DNA of 64,000 nucleotides, taken from NCBI GenBank assembly GCA_963699545.1, contig CAVOUE010000006.1, forward strand, positions 256,001-320,000, in the 5' to 3' direction. The translations under genes and the position numbers were made by a program. The first letter of the stretch is position 1. Each line of letters begins with the position of its first letter. The notes under the pieces are model-generated. The model was not told the origin of the DNA. It did not search any database and saw only the letters and a list, made by a program, of their open reading frames with translations. Source of the DNA: Nitrospirota bacterium. Lineage in GTDB: Bacteria > Nitrospirota > Thermodesulfovibrionia > Thermodesulfovibrionales > UBA9159. Of the stretch, positions 22,093 through 33,249 are shown one piece after another.

Positions 22093-23912
22093 TTGAGTAG
22101 CGTTTACAGAAGTCTCTTTATCTGGCTGATGATCGGGTTGATCATGATCCTGTTGTTCAATCTGGTGAGCACGCCGAAAAAGATGGAAGACGAGGTCATC
22201 TTCTCCGATTTCATGACGAGGGTCGAAGCCGGAGAGGTCGACGAAGTTGTCATCAAAGAAAATCTGATCACCGGCAGGTTGAAAGACGGGAAGAAGTTCA
22301 AGACCTATTCCGCTGGCTATCCCGAACTGGTGAAGGAACTGAGGGCAAAGAGTGTAAAGATCGCTGCAAAACCTCCCGAGCAGAACCCCTGGTACGTGAA
22401 CTTCTTCTTCTCATGGGGGCCCATTATCTTCCTTGCCCTTGTTTGGGTATTCTTCATGCGGCAGATGCAGACCGGGGGGAACAAGGCCCTCTCATTCGGC
22501 AAAAGCAAGGCGCGTCTCGTCTCGGATAAGTCGGTAAAGATCACGTTTGCCGATGTGGCGGGCATCGAAGAAGCAAAGAAGGAGGTTCAGGAGATCATCG
22601 ATTTTCTCAAAGACCCTCAGAAGTTCTCGAAGCTTGGAGGGAAGATACCGAAAGGCGTCCTCCTTGTCGGTTCCCCTGGTTCAGGAAAGACTCTCCTTGC
22701 CAAGGCCATTGCAGGAGAAGCCGGAGTCCCATTCTTCAGCATATCGGGTTCTGACTTTGTTGAGATGTTTGTGGGCGTCGGCGCATCCCGGGTGAGGGAC
22801 CTCTTTGAGCAGGCGAAGAAGAGCGCTCCGTGCATCGTGTTCATTGATGAGATCGATGCGGTGGGAAGGCACAGGGGCGCCGGACTGGGCGGCGGACATG
22901 ATGAACGGGAACAGACCCTTAACCAGCTTCTGGTGGAGATGGACGGTTTCGAAGGAACGGAAGGAGTGATCATCCTTGCAGCGACGAACAGGCCTGATGT
23001 GCTTGATCCGGCACTTTTGAGACCGGGAAGATTTGACCGGCAGGTGGTGGTGCCTATCCCGGACGTGAAGGGAAGACTGGAGATACTGAAGGTGCATACG
23101 CGCAAGATACCTCTTGACAGGATGTGGATCTCGAGGTAATTGCCCGGGGAACGCCCGGTTTTTCCGGTGCCGATCTGGCAAACCTTGTGAATGAAGCAGC
23201 CCTCTGGGCGGCAAGAAAATCAAAGTCCAAGGTGGATATGCCGGACTTTGAGGCTGCAAAGGACAAGGTGCTCATGGGCGTCGAGCGGAAGAGCATGATC
23301 ATCAGTGAAGAGGAGAAAAAGAACACCGCATATCATGAGGCAGGACACGCCCTTGTTGCAAAACTGACCCCCGGGTACAGACCCGATACATAAGGTGAGC
23401 ATCATACCCAGGGGAAGGGCGCATTGGGCGTTACGCAGCAGCTTCCTCTCGATGACAGGCTACACCTATTCAAAGGATTATCTCCTCAAGACGCTCAACG
23501 TGCTTCTGGGCGGAAGGGCTGCGGAAGAGCTTGCCCTTCACCATATGACCACTGGCGCGGGAAATGACCTCGAGCGTGCAACAGATCTTGCGCAGGAGGA
23601 TGGTTGACCGAATGGGGAATGAGCGAGAAACTCGGACCGCTGACCTTCGGGAAAAAGGACGAGCAGATATTCCTCGGCAGGGAGATCGCAAAGCACAAGG
23701 ACTACAGCGAAAAGATCGCCGAAGAGATCGACGAAGAGGTGAGGAATCTCGTTACCGGAGCGTATGAAGAGTCCAAGAAACTTCTCTCTGACAATTATGA
23801 CATCCTCGATACCTTTGCGAAATCCCTTCTTGAGAAAGAGACCATGGACGGACATGACATGGACGAACTGATCAAGGGACTTAAGGGGGATAAAAGCTCT
23901 GCTGAAGAGTGA
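22093..23912 (+). CDS. ftsH: ATP-dependent zinc metalloprotease FtsH (several frameshifts)
   Basis: Walker [36 protein letters not shown] spread over ORFs 22093..23139, 23124..23393, 23395..23607, 23604..23912. Confidence 0.93.
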
Positions 23913-23992
23913 AGGCAAAGACCGAGGTGTAGCAACAGAGACCTTCCCAGTATGCCGAACCCTTCCTTCTGCCTCCGTGATCCAGCGTTGAG

Positions 23993-24888
23993 GTGAAGCT
24001 ATTTTTCAAGAACTTCTCTTTGGATTTTTCCAGGAAGACCCACGTCATGGGCATTCTCAACGTCACTCCCGATTCTTTCACGGACGGCGGTTTCTTCTTC
24101 AGGAGGGATTCTGCCATGGAACACGGCCTCAGGATGGTGGAAGACGGTGCAGACATCATCGATGTCGGAGGTGAATCCACAAGGCCGGGCTCTGAACCGG
24201 TGCAGTATGAGGAGGAGATCCGGCGGACATACCCGGTAATCGAAGCACTCGCAAAGAGAGTAAAAGTCCCCATTTCCATCGATACCTATAAGGCCGATGT
24301 GGCAAAAAGGGCACTGGATGCAGGGGCATCCATTATCAATGACATAAGCGGGTTGAGGTTCGACCCGGAAATGCCGAAGGTCGTCGCACAATACGTGTGC
24401 CTGTGGTGCTTATGCATATCAAGGGAACACCGAAGATTATGCAGGTCAATCCTGAATATGAGGCGCTGATCCCCGAGATCCTGGATTATCTGAGGGTCAG
24501 CATACGACTTGCCGTGGATGCCGGGGTGAGGGAGGACATGATTATTGTAGACCCGGGAATCGGTTTCGGCAAGACATTTGAGCACAACCTTGAGATACTG
24601 AAGGATCTCCGTGAGTTCACGCTCCTCGAAAAACCATTGCTCATCGGCCCGTCGAGAAAGGCATTCATAGGAAATATCCTCGGCAATGCCCCGTCATCAG
24701 AACGCATGGAAGGAACTGCAGCCGCAGTCGCCATCTCCATCATGAACGGTGCGAATATCGTGAGAGTTCATGATGTGAAAGAGATGGCGAAGGTGGCAAG
24801 GGTGGCGGATGCGATAAAGAGGGGCGGTATCCAGATGCTCACTGATCATTTGCGAATCCGTTCACACGTTTTGTCTTTCCGGGCTTGA
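23993..24888 (+). CDS. folP: Dihydropteroate synthase (frameshift near 24397)
   Basis: MGILNVTPDSF, GGESTRPG; second frame DPGIGFGK, SRKAFIG, VRVHDV. Confidence 0.93.
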
Positions 24889-24943
24889 CCCGGAATGCTC
24901 GGGTCCTCTCCTGACTAGATTCCTGTGTTCTCACGGGAATGAT
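24873..24943. repeat. REP-like double-hairpin element
   Basis: GTCTTTCCGGGCTTGACCCGGAAT...ATTCCTGTGTTCTCACGGGAATGA; similar single hairpins near 17873 and 49092. Confidence 0.5.
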
Positions 24944-25009
24944 GCCAGAGTAAATGCGTGATTTCCACCTTTAAACGGTTATAATAGGACAAAAAGAAAA
25001 GGGACGAAA

Positions 25010-25456
25010 ATGGCACGAGTGAAAGAAGGAGATACTATCGTCATTCAGTACATCGGCAGACTTGAGGACGGCACCGTCTTTGATTCCACCGAGGGCAAAA
25101 ATCCTCTGGAGTTCACCGTGGGTGAAGGGGAAGTCGTTCCGGGACTGGAGAAAGGTGTCATCGGCATGGCGCCGGGCGAATCAAAGAGTATTGTGATCCC
25201 TGCGGAAGACGGATACGGGCCGCACCTGAAAGAAAGGGTTTGTGAGCTGACAAAAAGCGAGTGCCTGAAAAGTTTCACCCTGGGATGGGACAGCAGCTCC
25301 AGATGTACCGCGCCGACGGCCTGCCAATCATGGGCACGGTAGTCGGCCATTTCCGGAACCTCGTTCACCATGGATTACAACCATCCCTTGGCGGGAAAGA
25401 CGTTGATATTTGAGACAAAGCTTCTGGAGATTGTGGACGACGAGCGCAGTCAATAG
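25010..25456 (+). CDS. FKBP-type peptidyl-prolyl isomerase (SlyD/FkpB-like), frameshifted
   Basis: YIGRLEDGTVFDST, VVPGLEKG; C-terminal DYNHPLAGKTLIFE in another frame ending TAG 25456. Confidence 0.85.
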
Positions 25457-25462
25457 ACGTCT

Positions 25463-25879
25463 TTAAGCCGGCTTGCTCGGTGTATCCGCATCCTGGATAG
25501 CGTTAAGCCAACGGAGGGCATCTTCGCGGGAGGTAAAGATATGCACTTTCTTCTCGCTCTTGGGGTTGATCTCTCTGAATGTCTCATACATGCGCCCTAA
25601 TCCGTAGTGCAACGTTTCATGTGCAATAATGGCAAACTTCGATGAAACATTCGGAGTATCCATGTCTGCGGACAGATTGGCCAATTCGCGCATCCGTTCA
25701 GATGAGACGAACTCGATGCTCTTAACGTCCACCATCTCCACAATCTCATTATACCCGGCGACATCAGGACGACTCCATACTTCCTGCTGATAGCCGAAGA
25801 CGTCAGCATCGGTCAGCGCGCCGTGAGCGCGAGCTTCCACAAGTTTCTTCTCGTGATCTATGCAATAGGTGATCGGCAT
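25463..25879 (-). CDS. Hypothetical protein, STAS/SpoIIAA-like fold suspected
   Basis: 138-aa ORF; KFAIIA...YGLGRMY...VHIF.SREDALRWL pattern. Confidence 0.65.
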   Translation of the reverse strand: MPITYCIDHEKKLVEARAHGALTDADVFGYQQEVWSRPDVAGYNEIVEMVDVKSIEFVSSERMRELANLSADMDTPNVSSKFAIIAHETLHYGLGRMYETFREINPKSEKKVHIFTSREDALRWLNAIQDADTPSKPA

Positions 25880-26019
25880 CTAATCGCCTCGCCTGGGACG
25901 TAACTACATTATATCAAATGCTGCTCGATTTCAAAGGATATGGTTTCACTCCGGCGTAGCCTTTTGCATGGCTTCATTCTCTGATTGTTATTCTTTCGGC
26001 AGTGGCATACAATACTACC

Positions 26020-28137
26020 ATGGTAAATAAGGAATCCATTCTCTCCTTCTTCCGCGAAAAGACGGGGAAGCCCCTTAGTTTTAAAGACATCGTTTCCCTG
26101 ATGCGTTTGAGCCATCCCGAGGCGAGGGCATTGAAACGCCTCCTCAGACAGATGATGAGGGAAGGCGATATCGTAATGACCCGCAAGGGCCTCTACGGAC
26201 CCTCAGACGACATGAACCTTATCACGGGCCGTTTTGAGGCGCACAGGGACGGCTATGGCTTTGTGATCCTCGAAAAGCCGGGGGAAAGGGATATCTTCGT
26301 TCCGGCACGCTCGACCCAGGGTGCCATGGACAATGACAGGGTCATTGTGCGAATGGAGAACTCGCGGAGACGTGAAGGGATGATCATCAGGGTCCTCGAA
26401 AGGGCGACTACCCGATTTGTGGGGAGACTGGATATCACAAAAGCGGCGTCTTACATAAGGCCCAAGAACAAGTCCCTTCCTTTTGACCTCTACATTTCGC
26501 CAGGGGACAGGGGAAAGGCGCGTCATGGCGACAGCGTAGTTGCCGAGATACTCAGTTATCCCACGGACAAAAGACCGCCCTCCGGCAAGGTCATCAAGGT
26601 GATCGAAAAACCTGTAGACCCTGCTTCAGAGGTCGAGGCCATCATCGATGAATTCAATCTGCCCAGGAGATTTCCCAGGGACGTCAGTGAAGAGGCAAAA
26701 TTGCTTGCTCAGGGGGCAGGGCAAGAGGCGGGGATCAGGAGAAAAGATCTCAGGAGTCTTCTCACCGTCACCATTGACGGCGAGCGGGCGAAGGACTTTG
26801 ATGATGCAGTCTCGATAAAGCTCTCCGAACACGGTTACAAATTGTGGGTGCATATCGCCGATGTAGGCTTCTATGTGGGCTGGAATTCGGTGCTTGATCA
26901 GGAGGCCAGAAAGAGAGGGACGAGCGTCTATTTCCCTGACAGGGTCATCCCCATGCTTCCGAAAGAGCTTTCAGAAGATCTCTGCAGCCTCAAGGCCGGG
27001 GTCGAACGTCCTGCCTTTACCGTCGAAATGGATTTCGACAGACAGGGAGAACGGACCGGGGCGAAGTTCTATTCCAGCCTCATCAAAAGTGATGAGCGGA
27101 TGACCTACACGTCGGTGAGGAAGATACTGGTTGACAACGACCGGGATGAGCGGAAGAAATACGAATACCTTCTTCGGGATTTTGAACTGATGAGCGAGTT
27201 GTGCGGCATCCTCAGGGAGATGAGGCTCGAACGGGGGAGCCTCGACTTCGACCTTCCCGAACCTGAAATCCTGCTTGATCTGCAGGGAAGGCCTGAAGCC
27301 ATTCTCAGGGCAGAGAGGAATCTCGCCCACATGCTCATCGAAGAGTTCATGATCGCTGCCAACGAGGCCGTGGCCGGGCATCTTGAGTCCCTGGGTGTAC
27401 CAAGCCTTTACCGAATCCATGAGGAACCTGATCCGATGAAGCTGGAAGATATCATAAAGGTCGTACATCCCTCCACGAGAGTGAAGAGAAAAACCCTGAA
27501 GGCCGGTGACTTCTCCCGGTTGCTGATCGAAATAAAGGGAACCCCGGGGGAAGAGATCATCAACTACATGATACTGCGGAGTCTGAAACAGGCCAGGTAT
27601 TCCCCCGTCAACGTGGGGCATTTCGGTCTTGCTTCGGACAGCTATACACATTTCACCTCTCCGATCAGGCGGTATCCTGACCTTGTGATCCACAGGATAT
27701 TGCGGGAGGTACTCACAAAAAAGCAGCTCCCCGACAAAAGGACCAAGGAGCTGGAAAGCTTGCTCCCCGACATCGCCTTTCATTCATCCAGGATGGAGCG
27801 GCTTTCAGACGATGCCGAAAGGGAAGTGCTGGAGGCCATGAAGGTATGGTTCATGAAAGACAAGGTGGGAGAGGAGTTTGGCGGAATGCTCGTGGGGGTG
27901 AACCCTTACGGTCTCAGGGTGCGGCTGAAAGATTATTACGTAGAGGGCTTCATCCATGTGTCCTACATGACCGATGACTTCTACCACTATAACGAGAGGT
28001 CCGTATCGCTGTCGGGCAGGAACACCGGACGGATATTCAGGATAGGGGATGAGCTCACCGTGCGGGTTGACAAAGTTGACATGGAAGAACGGGAGATACT
28101 CTTCGGCATAACCTCACTGCCATCCAAAGGAAAATAG
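26020..28137 (+). CDS. rnr: Ribonuclease R
   Basis: HRDGYGF, TIDGERAKDFDDA, HFTSPIRRYPDL, C-terminal S1. Confidence 0.95.
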   Translation: MVNKESILSFFREKTGKPLSFKDIVSLMRLSHPEARALKRLLRQMMREGDIVMTRKGLYGPSDDMNLITGRFEAHRDGYGFVILEKPGERDIFVPARSTQGAMDNDRVIVRMENSRRREGMIIRVLERATTRFVGRLDITKAASYIRPKNKSLPFDLYISPGDRGKARHGDSVVAEILSYPTDKRPPSGKVIKVIEKPVDPASEVEAIIDEFNLPRRFPRDVSEEAKLLAQGAGQEAGIRRKDLRSLLTVTIDGERAKDFDDAVSIKLSEHGYKLWVHIADVGFYVGWNSVLDQEARKRGTSVYFPDRVIPMLPKELSEDLCSLKAGVERPAFTVEMDFDRQGERTGAKFYSSLIKSDERMTYTSVRKILVDNDRDERKKYEYLLRDFELMSELCGILREMRLERGSLDFDLPEPEILLDLQGRPEAILRAERNLAHMLIEEFMIAANEAVAGHLESLGVPSLYRIHEEPDPMKLEDIIKVVHPSTRVKRKTLKAGDFSRLLIEIKGTPGEEIINYMILRSLKQARYSPVNVGHFGLASDSYTHFTSPIRRYPDLVIHRILREVLTKKQLPDKRTKELESLLPDIAFHSSRMERLSDDAEREVLEAMKVWFMKDKVGEEFGGMLVGVNPYGLRVRLKDYYVEGFIHVSYMTDDFYHYNERSVSLSGRNTGRIFRIGDELTVRVDKVDMEEREILFGITSLPSKGK

Positions 28138-28151
28138 AAACTCCACACAGT

Positions 28152-29003
28152 ATGAGACCCTTAAAGCAGACCCTTGACAGGTTTTACAGGGAATATAACT
28201 TCCGGGAAAGAATCCTTCATGACCCCATCGAATTCCCGCACCGCTACGGGAAACACGAAGATATCGAGGTCGCAGGCTTCATCGCGTCGTGCCTCGCGTA
28301 CGGAAAGGTCGAGTTATTCAAGCCCGTGGTGGAACAGGTCCTTTCACTGATGGGGAAGAAACCGGCTTCCTTTCTTGGAGATTTTGATGTCCGGACGCAA
28401 CGGCATCGCTTCACCTTCAAATACCGCTTCAGCGAGAGCCTTGACATCCTCTGTCTGATCTATATTATCCACAGACTGCTCAGGAACCATTCCTCGATCG
28501 AAAATGCATTCATGAGACACTTTTCCCCTGGTGATCCGGATACGGGCAACGGTATCACCGGACTTGTGAAAGAGATTATGTCCATAAATACAGCGGTCAT
28601 CTATGGGACAAATATCCATCCCCACGGAATGACGCACCTCTTCCCCACGCCGCTAAAGGGGAGCGCCTGCAAGCGGATGAACCTCTACCTGCGATGGATG
28701 GTGAGGGACAGGGACATCGATTTCGGCATATGGAAGGGGATACCAAAGAACAAACTGATAATCCCTCTGGACACCCACATCGCGAGGATATCCCGATGCC
28801 TCGGCTTCACCAGGCGCGCGTCAGCGGACTGGAAGGCCGCCGTCGAGATCACGGAAGCCCTGAAGAAGCTTGACCCTGAAGACCCCCTGAAGTATGATTT
28901 TGCCCTGTGCCATCATGGGATTTCAGGAGTCTGCAAGACACGGGATAATGCCGGATGCAGGGAATGCGTGTTTTATGAAGCTGCAAGAACAAGGACAGCC
29001 TGA
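28152..29003 (+). CDS. TIGR02757/DUF2400 family protein
   Basis: DPIEFPHRY, SACKRMNLYLRWMVR, PLDTH, DPLKYDFAL. Confidence 0.88.
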   Translation: MRPLKQTLDRFYREYNFRERILHDPIEFPHRYGKHEDIEVAGFIASCLAYGKVELFKPVVEQVLSLMGKKPASFLGDFDVRTQRHRFTFKYRFSESLDILCLIYIIHRLLRNHSSIENAFMRHFSPGDPDTGNGITGLVKEIMSINTAVIYGTNIHPHGMTHLFPTPLKGSACKRMNLYLRWMVRDRDIDFGIWKGIPKNKLIIPLDTHIARISRCLGFTRRASADWKAAVEITEALKKLDPEDPLKYDFALCHHGISGVCKTRDNAGCRECVFYEAARTRTA

Positions 29004-29056
29004 GTTTTTCTTACATTGCCGATTTATGGACAAACCGACACTCACCCAATGGTACC

Positions 29057-29109
29057 TTGACAAAAAAATTTATACAGGATAATATCAGTCCTATATGACA
29101 CAGATCACT
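29057..29109 (+). promoter_or_regulatory. Promoter region of cco operon with CRP/FNR-like box
   Basis: TTGACA at 29057; AGGA-N9-TCCT palindrome; TATGA-N6-TCACT at 29094..29109. Confidence 0.45.
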
Positions 29110-29226
29110 TCCGGGACATCACACGAGAAGGCCGGAGTTACATGGGAAATAGTCCTTGCAACAGCTATTAGACAGCACATGTTTCTGTGATAGAATGTGA
29201 ATATGTAGCAGGAGGGAGGAGTTTTA

Positions 29227-30626
29227 TGAAGGACGACGGCTATGAATATTCCGTTGTGAGGGGATTTGCCTTTTCAGCAGTCTTCTGGCTCATTATCGGT
29301 CTTGTGGTTGGTCTGCTCATCGCATTCCAGCTTGTGGCTCCCAAACTGAATCTTGCCCCGTGGCTGACCTATGGGAGACTCAGAGTGGTCCATACCAACG
29401 GCCTCGGTTTTGGCTTTGCTCTTGCCGGCATCTTTGCCTGCACCTATTTTATTCTTCAGAGGCTGACCCGGACGTCCATTGCCTTTCCGGGGCTGGCCAA
29501 GTTCCACCTTTATTTCTTCAATGTCACCATAGCCCTTGCGGCGTTGAGCCTATTCGCAGGGATGAATACGTCAAAAGAATACGCTGAGCTGGAGTGGCCC
29601 ATCGACATCCTCGTGGTGCTGATGTGGGTGGTCTTTGCCATCAACGTCTTTGCTACCCTCATAAAGAGAAAAGAGCAGCAGATGTATATCTCCCTCTGGT
29701 ATCTGGTCGCAATGACAGTGGCGGTGGCTGTCCTCTACATCCTCAATAACCTCGAGGTCCCGGTGAGCTGGTTCAAGTCATACTCGGTCTATGCAGGGGT
29801 CAATGACGCCAACGTGGAGTGGTGGTATGGTCATAACGTGGTCGGTTCGGTCTTCACCTTCCCCATTCTTGCCATGTTCTATTATTTCCTGCCGAAATCC
29901 ACAAATCTCCCAATCTACAGCCACCGATTATCCATCGTCGCATTCTGGTCCCTGGTGTTTGCCTACCTTTGGACGGGCGCCCACCATCTCGTCTATACAC
30001 CGGTACCGGACTGGATACAGACCACTGCCATTGCCTTCAGTATGTTCATGATCGCGCCGTCATGGGGTTCTGTCGTGAACGGGTATTACACAATGCGGGG
30101 GGACTGGGGACAGATGAGGTCCAATTATCTCGTCAAGTTCTTCATCTTCGGGATCACCTTCTACGGCCTCCAGACCATCCAGGGACCGACGCAGGCTTTG
30201 CGGTCCCTCTCTGCTGTCTTGCACTACACCGACTGGGTCCCGGGCCACGTGCACATGGGAACCATGGGCTGGGTGACCATGGTCATATCAGCGTCGTTTT
30301 ATTATATGATCCCCAAGCTCTATAACACAGAAATTTACAGCATAAAGCTCGCCAACACCCATTTCTGGCTCGTCCTCATCGGACAGTTGATCTTTTCCTT
30401 CACCATGTGGATTGCAGGAGTTCAGCAAGGCACCATGTGGAGGGCAACCAACCCTGATGGTTCACTGACCTATAGTTTCCTGGAGACTCTTGTGCCTCTC
30501 TATCCCTTCTGGGCCATGCGGGCATTGGGCGGGGTGATCTATTTCGTCGGAGTGCTGATATTCGCCTATAACCTTATCAAGACAGCCGGCAGGTCACGGG
30601 CTGCAGCCACTGCGGAAGGAGGATAA
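29227..30626 (+). CDS. ccoN: cbb3-type cytochrome c oxidase subunit I
   Basis: YGRLRVVHTN, KEYAELEWP, WWYGHN, WTGAHHL, GHVHMGTMGW. Confidence 0.95.
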
Positions 30627-30630
30627 TAAA

Positions 30631-31518
30631 ATGAATATCTATGGAAAACCAGTGATATTTGCGATAGCTGCCTTTGCGGTGATCGCAGTGGGCACCCTGG
30701 TTACTACGTTCATACCCCTTTTCGTACCTGCCACAGCTCCCGTGATCAAAGGCGTTAAACCGTACACCCCTGCAGAACTGGAGGGAAGGGATATTTACAT
30801 CCGGGAAGGATGCAACAACTGCCATACCCAGACCGTACGGCCTCTTCAGCCCGAAGTGGCCAGGTACGGAGATTATTCCAGGGCGGGAGAGTTCACCTAT
30901 GATAGACCCTTCCTCTGGGGTTCCAGGAGGACAGGTCCTGATCTGGCAAGGGTCGGCGGCAAATATCCCGACTCATGGCACTATCAGCACATGAAAGACC
31001 CGCAGAGCATGTTCCCGAAATCCAACATGCCTGCATATGCCTGGCTTGCTGAAAAACAACTGGATACGACGTACACCGAGCGGAAAATGAAGACCTTGGG
31101 ATTCCCGTATTTACCTGAGGAGATCCGGACCCTCCAGGGGAAAACTGAATTGGACGTTCTCGTGGCATATCTTCAGAAACTGGGCAGGGATCTGAAAGAG
31201 ATTGAAAAAGGGTCAGTGGTGAAGGTCGCCGAGGCCGCGGCGCCCGAGAAGAATCCCTTTGAACGAAAAGCCGATGCGATAAAGGAAGGGAAAGAGATCT
31301 TCGAGGCAAATTGCACGGCCTGCCACGGAAAGGATGCAAAGGGAGGCATCGGCCCCAACCTTCTGAAAAAGGATATGAAATACGGCCGGACCGACAGGGA
31401 CCTCTTTGCCTCAGTATCAAAGGGGAGGCCCGGCGGCATGCCTGACTGGGAAAAGACACTCGGCACAGAGAGGATATGGAAGGTGATCGCATATCTGCGG
31501 ACCATGGAAGAAAAGTGA
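30631..31518 (+). CDS. ccoO: cbb3 oxidase subunit II fused to an extra monoheme cytochrome c domain
   Basis: EGCNNCHTQ, WGSRRTGPDLAR, SNMPAY; second heme motif CTACH. Confidence 0.92.
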   Translation: MNIYGKPVIFAIAAFAVIAVGTLVTTFIPLFVPATAPVIKGVKPYTPAELEGRDIYIREGCNNCHTQTVRPLQPEVARYGDYSRAGEFTYDRPFLWGSRRTGPDLARVGGKYPDSWHYQHMKDPQSMFPKSNMPAYAWLAEKQLDTTYTERKMKTLGFPYLPEEIRTLQGKTELDVLVAYLQKLGRDLKEIEKGSVVKVAEAAAPEKNPFERKADAIKEGKEIFEANCTACHGKDAKGGIGPNLLKKDMKYGRTDRDLFASVSKGRPGGMPDWEKTLGTERIWKVIAYLRTMEEK

Positions 31519-31535
31519 CAGGAAAGGAGGTATCC

Positions 31536-32012
31536 ATGCAGGAAAACTACGATGACATAAAAGAACAGCATAATAAATTACCCCTCGGCATGTTCCTTTT
31601 CTTCATCGGGATGGTGGTGTGGGGTATCTATTACATAGCGAGCTATACGCCCGACTTCAGCGGATGGTCACAGAAAAAGGTGTACGATGAGCAGACCGCA
31701 AAGGAGAAGGCAGTTGCAAAACCGGTACTAATGGAAAACCCCTATGAAACGGATCCCAAGGCGATAGCAGAAGGCAAGGGGCTCTACGCATCCAATTGCG
31801 CTGCATGCCACGGAGAGAATCTCAAGGGCGGCGTTGGCACGGACCTCACAGACCATCTCAAATACGGGGAACAGGATGACAAGAAATTCGAATCTATTGC
31901 CAAAGGAAGACCCAACGGCATGCCCGGCTTTGACCGGCAACTGGGAAGGGACAGGATATGGAAAGTCCTCGCATATATTGACTCAGTGCGTGAATACGGA
32001 AAGAAGCCTTAA
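31536..32012 (+). CDS. ccoP: cbb3 oxidase subunit III-like (CcoP N-terminus + one heme c)
   Basis: RBS AAGGAGG; YDDIKEQHNKLP N-terminus, TM helix, CAACH, GMP. Confidence 0.8.
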   Translation: MQENYDDIKEQHNKLPLGMFLFFIGMVVWGIYYIASYTPDFSGWSQKKVYDEQTAKEKAVAKPVLMENPYETDPKAIAEGKGLYASNCAACHGENLKGGVGTDLTDHLKYGEQDDKKFESIAKGRPNGMPGFDRQLGRDRIWKVLAYIDSVREYGKKP

Positions 32013-32037
32013 GGGACCATGTTTTTTTTAAAGGAGA

Positions 32038-32071
32038 GCAAAAGGGAGCGGCACCTTCGCTCCCTTTTGCT
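32038..32071 (+). terminator. Stem-loop between ccoP and ccoG
   Basis: GCAAAAGGGAGCG-loop-CGCTCCCTTTTGC perfect stem. Confidence 0.6.
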
Positions 32072-33237
32072 TGCCCCTTGTGTGGAAGAAATATAGAAGC
32101 ATTGCCGCGATCATGCAGGCGCTCCTTATCCTTGGGCTGCCGTTTCTGAAGATAAACGGCCAGAGCGCCCTGAGATTTGACGTTCCGACGCTCAGACTCT
32201 TTTTTTTCGGAAAGGTCATATGGATGCAGGAATTCTTTGTTGTGCTCCTCGCCCTCCTTACCCTCATGCTCCTGTTCATCTTCATCACCAACCTCCTGGG
32301 AAGGGTCTGGTGCGGCTGGCTCTGCCCCCAGACAACCCTCCTCGATATAAGTCAGAGGTCCGGCCTGGTGAGGAGCAGGCTCAGCCTGATACTACCTCAT
32401 ATCATTTTAGTCCCATTGTCCATGGTCGTCTCCGCATCACTGATCTGGTACTTCGTCTCTCCTTACGACTTTTTCCGGGTCATCTTCGGAGAAACGAAAA
32501 GCCGAGTGGTCATCTGGTTCTTTATCATCATGTTTGCCATCGTCTATCTCGACCTGGAATTCCTCGGAAGGAAGTTCTGCAAGACCATCTGTCCCTATGC
32601 AAAGCTCCAGTCAACCCTCTTCGACGGGAACACCCTTGTGGTGGAATTCGACACGGACCGCGCGGACAGATGCATGGGATGCGACAAATGCGTGGCGGTA
32701 TGCCCGATCGGTATCGATATCAAAGACGGGCTTCAGATGGAATGTATCGCCTGCGCCCAATGCATTGATGCCTGCAGATCCATGACTGAACCAAGGGACA
32801 TGAAGTCCCTCATCAGGTACACTTTCGGAGAGGGGAAAGTGATCCGGCCGAAAGCGGTCATCCTCTTTGCGCTCTCTCTTATTTCCTTTTTGTTCCTGCT
32901 TTACAGGATCTCCTCTTTGCCTCCCTTTGAATTCGATGTGCTGCGGTCCGGAGAACTGTACCGCGTTACGGAAAAAGGTGAAATAATGAACATCTACGTG
33001 CTCAGCATAAAGAACATGAGTAACAGGGACATCGCCCTTGGCATAACCGTTGACAGACCTGATACAATTAAGGTAATCGGCCCGGCATCTGTATCGGCAA
33101 AGGCAGGTCAGATATACCATCAGAACATTGTTCTCCTCTCAGCAGGCCGGACGGCCAAGAGAGAGCCGGTTGTTTTTGCACTCAGGGATCCCGGGGGATA
33201 CGACCTAAAAAGACCAGGAACATTCTTCTCGCCATAA
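32071..33237 (+). CDS. ccoG: Cytochrome oxidase accessory 4Fe-4S membrane protein
   Basis: GRVWCGWLCPQT, CKTICPY, CMGCDKCVAVCP, CIACAQCIDAC. Confidence 0.9.
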   Translation: MPLVWKKYRSIAAIMQALLILGLPFLKINGQSALRFDVPTLRLFFFGKVIWMQEFFVVLLALLTLMLLFIFITNLLGRVWCGWLCPQTTLLDISQRSGLVRSRLSLILPHIILVPLSMVVSASLIWYFVSPYDFFRVIFGETKSRVVIWFFIIMFAIVYLDLEFLGRKFCKTICPYAKLQSTLFDGNTLVVEFDTDRADRCMGCDKCVAVCPIGIDIKDGLQMECIACAQCIDACRSMTEPRDMKSLIRYTFGEGKVIRPKAVILFALSLISFLFLLYRISSLPPFEFDVLRSGELYRVTEKGEIMNIYVLSIKNMSNRDIALGITVDRPDTIKVIGPASVSAKAGQIYHQNIVLLSAGRTAKREPVVFALRDPGGYDLKRPGTFFSP

Positions 33238-33249
33238 AGGAGGTGGGCA

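Noticed and set aside
22093-25456. Frameshifts in ftsH, folP and the SlyD-like gene (also the kinase, actP, TPR gene, fixH-like gene, pgi, 4Fe-4S and nrfD genes) as pseudogenes or programmed frameshifting
   Set aside because: Too many, scattered through housekeeping genes with otherwise intact motifs and no shared slippery signal; best explained as sequencing/assembly indels. Read polishing would settle it.
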